Below, one piece after another: positions 17,543 through 26,137 of a DNA stretch of 26,137 nt. The stretch's first letter is position 1, and each line of letters begins with the position of its first letter. The notes beneath the pieces were generated by a model. That model was not told the origin of the DNA, searched no databases, and saw only the letters and a program-made list of their open reading frames with translations. Location: contig KZ538284.1 of NCBI GenBank assembly GCA_000934665.2, positions 62,001-88,137 of the forward strand, given 5' to 3'. Made by a program: the position numbers and the translations under genes. The DNA is from Catajapyx aquilonaris. Its lineage: Eukaryota.

Positions 17543-19411
17543 ATGGCGTCGGTGATGGACTGGAGCGATGCATTCCGTTTGGATCCTCTGTACGTGGCTC
17601 TGTACTGCTTCAGAAGGAGGAAGTACGACGAGTGTGCAGAAATATGCACTGGTCTGCTGCAGAAGAATCCGTACGATCAGGTGATGCACCCAACTAATTG
17701 ATTGATTGATAACTCATCTTAATGGTCGCATTCGATAATTAAAGGCTGTCTGGACTCTGAAGATGCAAACGTTGACTGCGGCGGTGTATGTGGATGATGT
17801 GGAGGCAGATGAGGAGGGAATAGCGGAGGCCTTCATGGGCGATGAGACCACCATGGCCACAGCAGCACGTCCTGGCACGTCACTCCGAGTGCCCTCTGCG
17901 GAGTCGTCGTCAGTCCAGTCACAACAACAGCTGGGCACAACTCAGGCTTACCGCCCCATGTCAAGTAGTGGACGCCCCTTGTCTGGTGTGGTGCGGCCGT
18001 CTTCCGCTGCCAACTCTTCCTCCATCCAACAAGCCTTGTCTGTTCCCCGATCAGCATACACAGCACGTCCAGCCTCCTCTGCCTCAGGACGGTTTGTTCG
18101 TCTTGGCACTGCCTCCATGCTGGCTCAACCAGACGGTCCCCTAGTCAATGTGTCTCGCATGGACCTCAAGTCATATGCACAGAAACTGGGCATAGCTAAT
18201 GTCCTATTTCGGTACTACAGCCACCTTTATTCAATTCTAATCTAGTTCAACAACTGAGTCTTTGTAAACACAGGTACCTGCTCTACCATGAAGGTGATGT
18301 CCAACATGCTCTGGAACTGGCTGCAGAAGCAACCCAGGCAGCTAAATTTAAGGATTGGTGGTGGAAGGTGCAGCTGGCCAAGTGCTACTACCGACTGGGT
18401 CTGCTGCGAGAGGCTGAGCAGCAGCTCAAATCAGCCATTCGCCAGCAGCCAACAATAGAGGCGGCACTGCACCTGGCCAGCGTGTACCTGCGTCTTGACC
18501 GCCCGCTGGCTGCACTTGAGACATACCGCACGGCCAGTGAAACCTTTCCAGGTGAAGCCAGTCTGCTAACTGGAGAAGCCAGGGTGCAGGAGGCATTAGG
18601 GGAAGTCAACATCTCTGTTCGCCTCTACCGAGAAGTGTTGCAACAGGATGCGATGCATGTTGAGGCAGTTGCTTGCACAGCAGCACACTTCTTCTACGCT
18701 GACCAGCCCGAGGTGGCACTCAGGTTTGTTTATTTGCATCAGTATTTGGCAGCAAAACAGATTATACCTTGCTGTAATTTATAATGTTCATTAAAATTTT
18801 ATTATACATTGCATGGTTGATCCTGAGAATTTGGAATTACAGTTACATTGTTGTTCAGTTGCAAATGACTATGCTTTCTCAGATTTTATCGTCGACTCTT
18901 ACACATGGGAGTGCACACAGCACGTGTGTTCTGTAATACTGGACTCTGCTGCTTCTACGCTCAGCAGTATGACCTGGCGATACGCTGCTTGGAACGGGCA
19001 TTGGCATTGGCCCTGGAGGAAGAGGCTGCTGATGGCCTGGCTGATGTGTGGTACGGCATAGGCCACGTGGCTGTGGCCCTGGGAGACTCACCGTTGGCCT
19101 CACAAGCCTTCTTACTGGCCCTCTCGGTGCAGCATGACCATGCGGAGGCTTTGAATGACCTGGGTGTGCTGGAGGCTCGAAGGGGAAGGCTGGACTCGGC
19201 TAGGGCTCTGTTCCAAGCCAGTGCTGGGTCCCAGCCAGGACCAAAACCCCACTTATACCAGCCTCACTTCAACCTGTCACTGCTTGCAGACAAGACTGGA
19301 GAGTTGTCTGCTGCATACTTGTCCATCCAAAACTCATTGGTGGCTTTCCCACAGCACTCACATTCAGTCCAGCTGCATTCTCGACTCAAGAAACACTTTT
19401 CTTCGCTGTAA
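17543..19411 (+). CDS. TTC8: BBSome TPR subunit BBS8/TTC8, about 527 aa
   Basis: Exons 17543-17680, 17745-18211, 18274-18723, 18883-19411 join in frame. Motifs NPYDQAVW, ARPGTSL, RPMSSSGRPLSGVVRP, SGRFVRLGTASML, DWWWKVQLAKCYYRLGL, QPEVALRFYRRLL, GLCCFYAQQYD. Confidence 0.96.
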
Positions 19412-19560
19412 CCAGTTAAGTTGGAGTTGGCATTTTTTCAAGTCATGTTGAATATTAACGTGTATAATCAGCCTTGGAAAGTGCCTAATGTTGTTACCAC
19501 ACATAATTCTTATATTTAAAGTGTGTGTATATTAAAATATTAAATGAATATGAAGACATA

Positions 19561-19895
19561 CTCTGTACTCCTGATTATCCGAGTGCAGATTATCCGAGTA
19601 CAGATTATCCGAGTGCAGATTATCCGTGCATCTCCAAAAAATAAAATCAGAAATATAAGTCCGAAAAATGTCAATATTTCTCGCAAACAACGACATAACA
19701 GACTTTTTTAAAGGAGAAACTAAAAATCTATGGTGAGGTATTTTTTTTTTTTAAATCTTTATTTAAAGCAGCATACACTATGGTAGTACATTAAAGACCT
19801 GTGAATAACTCATTTTTTACGGTGTCTAGGACCCTTTTCCTGATTGTCCAGCGACAGCCATGTAGTCATTAGCCCGGATAATCGGGAGTGCAGTG
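19561..19895. mobile_element. pogo/Tigger-like MITE
   Basis: TA|CTCTGTACTCCTGATTATCCG ... CGGATAATCGGGAGTGCAGTG|TA: imperfect 21-bp TIRs, with four 15-bp subterminal repeats GATTATCCGAGTGCA. Confidence 0.75.
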
Positions 19896-22036
19896 TATCC
19901 TGATGCTTTTCAATAGTGTGCTGAATTCCACCCATAGTTTTCTGGTATGCCTAGTCACATATGATTGACTTTGGTCGGTAATATATTTTTTGGCTGAAAG
20001 ATTACATAAAGTTGCCAACTGATCACAGACACTCATGGCTGCTGTGCCAGTAAGAAAATGTTCCATTTACATGATTGGATACCTAACTTTTTTTGTTGCT
20101 TTCAATCTGGTTTATACGCAGGTAGTACTGTACAGTACTTGAGTATGAGCACACCCTTGCTGTAATGGCGGGGGAAATCAGCAATTTTACTCACACTGAC
20201 TGCCCACATGAGAGTTGCAGTACCATCACTACGCATCAATGCTGAGGATGTCACTGCAAACTAATCTCCTTCTAATCCAGCCATTGCAGGTATTATCCGC
20301 ACACAGATAGCTCAAGGCCCATCATTACAATCCCCAGCATTTTGGAAGATGGGTTGGGAACATCCTGGAAAATGAAACCAACTGTATTCCGTCCACTGCA
20401 TGTACAGATTTGGCGACATTAATAAATTGATTCATCATCACTTATGTGATTAGGTGCTTTCATCCAACCTGACGCAGGGTTTAAATCCTCCAATATCATA
20501 AATCCATCCTGAGGCGTCTAGAGAGGCATATATCCAGGCGTGGAAAGAAGCCATGAGGATTTAACCTCCCCACCACCACCACCACCACCGACTTATGTCA
20601 GGCACCGCATAATCATTTCCTTTTGCTCGAATTGTTTACCCAGCAGTGGCTGTGCTGGGGAAGGAATAAAAATGTTTTGCGGGCTCAAAGTATACACCGG
20701 AAGCCTTTTAACGACTTTTAAGTGGGCGCCGCCTTTCTCCGACCAAATATTTTCGTCCGCCCCTTATATTCCTTTAATCCTCCGAGATTGCCAAAAACCC
20801 TGTATAAATAGCCCCAGATGGCCGACTCGTGTCGCTTAGCCGTTTTCGGCAGCCTTCCTCTTCAGTCATGCCATCAGAAGCTCCCCCCCCCCCCNCCCCC
20901 CATAAAAGTCAACAAATGGACGGAAATCAATCCGCACTTATGTCATACATTGCCCTCAAAAAAAACGAGCGTGATTCGAGTATACTTTTTGCTAAGAAAA
21001 TTCTACAATTTATGAATTGCAGTGTAACATTAAAACTAGGCACCAACTTGCCAATATTAGAAAGTGGAGGGAAAGAGAGACCAGGTAGCGACATCCGACG
21101 GCGAATTGCCGAAGTCAGACGGTGCGGAGGTGACGCCCGCAGCCGGAACGGCGTGTATGGGAACTCCGTGGTAGGCTGTCGGCGTTTTTTGAGTTTTATA
21201 TATTCACTGGACACTATTTTCAAAAAAACAAATGTTTATTGCAAATATAGGACACGCTGGCTAAATTTTGGCATCACTTCCAATATTGTAGGCCGTACAC
21301 AGCGGGAGGAATCGCCATCACAGTAGGCCTATCTATGGTTAATTTGGGGGGGATTTCACCCAGATTATTCTGCGATGTCCGCTATACTTGGGGACATCTG
21401 TTCAAAGCCAACATGGAGCAAAATAGATCCTGATCTCATAGAAAGGATGTACGTTGAGGCTCTATTCTCGGCTAGAAAATATGAATAAGCGTGAAAAGCT
21501 GACACCCCCGGATGCTGCAATAATCCAAATCCGGGAGGATGCAGGGCAGAAAAGAGATGATGGATTGAAGTGGGGTTGGAAACTATGGGGGGGGGGGGGG
21601 NCTTTTACCTGATATTAATGCCCGGGGCAAGACGCCCCACAGGCTGCCATAGGTCAGCTCAAAAAAAAATATATAGCCCACAAAAGAGTACATGTGCATG
21701 TCAAAAAAAAAAGTGTTTTGGGCGGCTTTTAGGTAATGACTAGAGCTGTCACGCGTTATAAACCCTCATTCGGATGGTAGAACCCAACCAGCTCTTCCCG
21801 ATTTAATATCTTCAAGAGCTGCCGGTGCCGGTACCGTACATCCCAGGATCAAAGACAAATCCGGGGTGTTCTTCAGGTGGCCTCAGAAACCACTCTGGTA
21901 TATTAGGACAGCTGGATTTTAGGTTATCCTGAAGGGTATGCAACCCTTCCCACACAGTTATGCCAGGGATAATAACTGTACTCTTAATAACATTGGATGA
22001 TTTTAGTCTTTTTATCATCCGGAAAAAACTGGCTCT

Positions 22037-22070
22037 GTCCGTCTGTCTGTGGACAGGTATCAGTGCCTAA
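22037..22070. repeat. Dispersed repeat fragment
   Basis: GTCCGTCTGTCTGTGGACAGGTATCAGTGCCTAA matches the reverse complement of 12518-12547. Also 22458-22482 matches the reverse complement of about 12376-12402. Confidence 0.65.
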
Positions 22071-22265
22071 CCCGAAAGAGATAGCGACAAACGGTTTTCG
22101 GATTCGGATTCAGCGGACCCTAAATAGGTTTCATGGTCAACTTCCGGTGACCCCCCACCACTTCCGGTTTTCTGTGTTACTCTATCCGCCATGGTCAATT
22201 TACAGGCAGGTTATACCGTTTAAATTAGGTTCATTGGCAACAATCGATGTCATTGTTGTCCTATA

Positions 22266-22407
22266 CAGTTTAATCGGGATATGACAGACTTCAAAGTACG
22301 CGGAAATCAGTCTGTTATAGCCGAATATACATGCCATATATGGAAATATGCAGGAACCGCCCTTTCGAGTCTGCTATAGCGAGGCTGTTATATCCGAATT
22401 AGAATTG
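22266..22407. mobile_element. Short Tc1/mariner-type MITE, same family as 24562-25050
   Basis: TA|CAGTT...GGATATGACAGACT...GCGGAAATCAGTCTG...GTCTGCTATAGC-GAGGCTGTTATATCCG...AATTG|TA. Confidence 0.7.
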
Positions 22408-22539
22408 TATCGTGTCATCCTCATTTCCCACTGCTCAATGAGAAAAAGTCTACTCGAATCACGCCATGATTTGCCAATCTTGGGGGTGCATTCATCAAAA
22501 TGTCGTAAGACTTTTCCTCGTAACCGGCTGTCACCATAG

Positions 22540-23213
22540 CAGGGGCGGATCCACGGGGTGGGAGGGGGGGGGGATAGGGGACATTCCTCCCCCGCCCCCC
22601 AATCAGCCTAAGACTCTTTAAAATTATAACAGTCACCTCAGATTTCATTCGAACCGCGATTTTTTCGAACGCCATTCATTCGCGAGACCCACAGGTGAAA
22701 ATTAGACGAAAACCAGGCGAAAACCACGGGAAAATAAAGCTATAACTCGCCGAAAACTAGGGGAAATCCAGCGGAAATCCAGGGGATATCCAAGCGAAAA
22801 CCAGGAGAAAACCTGGCGAAAATTAGACAAAAACCAGGAAAAATTAACCGAAAACTAAGCGAAATCCAGGCGACAATTACACAACAACCAGGGAAAAACC
22901 AAGCGAAAACCAAGGGAAATCCAGGCGAAATCCAAACGAAATGCAGGCGAAAACTAGGCGGCGAAATCTAGGGGAAATCCAGGCGAAATCTAGGGGAAAT
23001 CCAGGCGAAATCCAGGTGAAATCCAAGCGAAATGCAGGCGAAAACTAGGCGGCGAAATCTAGGGGAAATCCAGGCGAAAATTACACAACAATCAGGGGAA
23101 ATAAAGCTATAACTAGGCGAAAACCTCCCACATTCACCTAAGCTCGTGTGACCTTGAACCCCCCCCCATTGGAATAGTTCCTCTCCTCAAATTCCTATAT
23201 GGATCCGCCCCTG
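22540..23213. mobile_element. Non-autonomous DNA transposon with internal minisatellite
   Basis: 14-bp TIRs CAGGGGCGGATCCA / TGGATCCGCCCCTG, 6-bp TSD CCATAG. Internal array of 11-12-nt units (AAATCCAGGCG-like) at about 22690-23125. Confidence 0.85.
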
Positions 23214-24072
23214 CCATAGTTACTTAATATAATTAACTTAACTATGGTCATTTTGACTTACGACATTTGATGAATCCGCATGGCTGTTTTTTTTCCCCCC
23301 AGCATATCTTTATAATAGTTACATCATCGGATTTAGCTGAAACAAACGGATTAACTGACAGTAAAGTTGGCCGGTCACCGGTAACATGTCAGTTGCTGGG
23401 GGTATGCTGACAACTTTAATCCAGAGATTAACGACTGATCCGGACATAATGTGGCATCAGTACGTGCAAATCTGCCAATCATGTGTATCTGAAATACCTT
23501 TCCCATATATACTTAACTTACTGAAAAAAAAGTGTGTAAAAAGGGTTTTAAGTTGTGAGGAACGGATATGATCGAAAAGGAACGAAATCCAATCGGAGAA
23601 GCGGAAACTCGCTTCCCATTTGGGGAGAAACGGGGGGGGGTCCTTTGTGAAGCGGATTGCAGGCGCCCATAGAGCGGATTATCATATTTCCCATAGAGGG
23701 GCAGGAGGGGAGGGGGGATGGGGAGGAGGGAGGGAGGGGGGGAAAAAAAGAGCGAGAGGAATAAAGCCTCGCTTACCTGACATGGATCAATGTCAGCTTA
23801 AGTCCCCGCTCCATTTGCATCTCGCCCGCCCCATTTTTACCCCTGGTTCTAATCTGGCCTTTCGCCACCGGTCCCGCCCCTATGTTGCCGGATCTTGAGG
23901 TCCAAGCAGCTGGCGAATCCAATCCGCGAATAACGCGCTCCTATTAGCGGTGACATATACGAGTTAATCATGTGGAGCCCGAAAGAAAGTTGAGAAGGAA
24001 ATCAGTAGATGGCGCATTTGGAGCACTTTTTCATCCTTACATGATGCAACCCGTAGCGGCACGACATGTCTA

Positions 24073-25150
24073 CAGTTGACTCCGGATATAACAGACTCGA
24101 AGGGCCGGTCCCACCCCATACTTCCTGATATAACAGACTTATTTTCACTCCACCTCGGGTATTGTGACATTGCGCGAGTGCACGTTGAAGATCCCCAGAG
24201 TGGCCAGATTTCCAGGAAGGACCACCCCCTGGCGACGGCAGCAGAAATAGCACTGATAAGTCACCTCGGGTATAACAGATCATTTCTTGGCCCCTCCTCG
24301 GTAGGAAAATGTGCTGTTTTTGATTACTCTAATACCTTTCCCATGCGCAGGAAGGCAGAGAGTACTGGTGGGGCGTGATTTTCGCATCTGTCACCGATCT
24401 AAGCTGCTCAAAATCTCACTTTTTCTGATATATTTGGCAACAAGGAGACGTCAAAATTGCTGATTTTGATGGGGTCCTGCCTAATTCACGGGTGGGCTAT
24501 AATTTTGACATTTTTGTGAATAGTTTCATTAATAAATGCAGTAGTTCGCATTATAAGCGTACAGTTAAATCCGGATATAACAGACTGGGGACCGCGGAAA
24601 TCAGTCTGGTTTGTCAAGGATTGTTATAGCCAAATACACAAGCCATGGAAGCAAGGAGGTAACCACTTCGGTCCTATGGGGCTCACAAATTGTAGTACAC
24701 CTGCGAGTGGTACTCCCAGGTACTTCTTAGGTACCGGTACCTTACTCTTTGGTACTCCTCCTCCTTATAGGTACTATCGGGTTCAAACACTTTTGGCCAC
24801 TTTATCATGGTCTTGAAGCAACTCTTCGCACAGACCCCACGTTAAGGAGGTGAATGTGTGTGAAGGGTTGCTTCAAGACCAGGATAAAGTGGCCAAAAGT
24901 ATTTGAACCCTTGGTTGCCTACTCCTAGGCAACTTACCTTACTCTTTTACATACTCCTTGGTACTCTGGAAGAATGGTCGGAACTGCTTTTCAAGTCTGT
25001 TATACCCGAAAGTCTGCTATAGCCGAGGCTGTTATATCCGGATTCAATTGTATAGAAAGCAGTGTATTCGTTGCAAAAGTATGGCAATTTGGCTCTTGGT
25101 TATAATAGACTCTTCGATCCCTTGAAGTTTGTTATATCCGGAGTCAACTG
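24073..25150. mobile_element. Tc1/mariner-type non-autonomous element with nested insertions
   Basis: Perfect 21-bp TIRs CAGTTGACTCCGGATATAACA / TGTTATATCCGGAGTCAACTG. Contains a related TA-flanked element at 24562-25050, which contains a foldback at 24779-24910. Confidence 0.8.
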
Positions 25151-25577
25151 GTTCTGTAGAGTGCGAAACTTTTTTGGGAGGGAGAGCATTTAAACCACCG
25201 TTAGAACCTGAACGTGGGTCTGAACCGGTGAGGGAAGAGTTTCAATTACATGTGCGACAAATCGAATTAGCGGTAGGTGGGGAGACACAATGGGTCTGAG
25301 GAGGTCATCCGGAAAAGTGGATGTCGGCGGAACCCTAAGAACCGAAGCCGGACCCCCTGGTCAGGAAAGTAATCCGCGGGATGGATCCGCTAGATTACAC
25401 AGATAGGTACAAACGAGGAGGCGGGGAACCCTCCTTTTGACATTATATCTATGGGGAGGAGCTTCAACTTCAAGATTATTTTTGATGGTTAATACCGGGT
25501 GTAGTACATGATATGTAAGAAATATTTTTCCCTCTATTTGGGAACCTTTTTGCCACCAATGCCCCCCCCCCCCCCCC

Positions 25578-25705
25578 NNNNNNNNNNNNNNNNNNNNNNN
25601 NNNNNNNNNNNNNNNNNNNNNNNNNNNNNNNNNNNNNNNNNNNNNNNNNNNNNNNNNNNNNNNNNNNNNNNNNNNNNNNNNNNNNNNNNNNNNNNNNNNN
25701 NNNNN
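25578..25705. other. Assembly gap
   Basis: Run of N bases flanked by poly-C. Confidence 0.99.
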
Positions 25706-26137
25706 CCCCCCCCTCCTCTGGCTATTTATTCCATCCCTCTCGCCCAATTGCTCACTTCGGTCATATATAAAGCCCACCCAATCGGGTTGCTTCGAAACTG
25801 AAACCAAAAATAGGCTGGGGTGTAGGCCTAGTGGGGGGGGGGGGGGATCAAAAGACGGCCATTTTGGATTTTGAGAATAATAAAATGGGGGATGGAAACA
25901 TGTGTTGTTTGGGGTGCGTGGGTGAGGACGGGTCTCTTTCAGTTAGGAATTATGTGGTTGAGGATTTAGGATTAGGTGGACCTGGAAAAGCACAGTTTTA
26001 GAAACGACATGGATATATGGTTGTCAATCAAAATGGGGGGGGAGATATAGGGATTTGGGTAGCCGTTTCAGTAGGGGTTTCGCAGGAGCACACGTGACTT
26101 CAGGACATTTGGTTGAATTTGGCAGCTGCACGGCTGT

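Noticed and set aside
17735..17744. Atypical AAG acceptor of BBS8 intron 1 as a sign of pseudogenisation or a U12 intron
   Set aside because: Splicing there restores the conserved YDQ-AVW junction in frame, and the donor GTGATG lacks the U12 RTATCCTT consensus.
19900..26137. ORFs in the distal 6 kb
   Set aside because: Short, low-complexity or overlapping MITEs and the N gap; no transposase, RT or host protein motifs recognised.

Overview
Eukaryotic (invertebrate-like, probably arthropod) genomic DNA with short GT-AG introns (many 54-65 nt). Four protein-coding genes: a 5'-truncated TARBP1/Trm3-type SpoU 2'-O-methyltransferase (+), chaperonin subunit CCT4 (-), DTL/Cdt2 (+) and BBS8/TTC8 (+). 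Beyond about 19.5 kb lies a gene-free tract of nested MITEs and minisatellites with an N gap. The main hidden feature is on the minus strand. CCT4 hosts four intronic C/D-box snoRNA candidates and has two tandem last coding exons that both encode VNTLR-stop. It is followed immediately by a seven-intron non-coding exon chain carrying six more C/D snoRNAs, one per intron, each 74-82 nt from the 3' splice site. Most are SNORD58-like 28S guides, with paralogs that appear shifted or retargeted. All rRNA/snRNA target assignments rely on remembered conserved sequences and were not searched.
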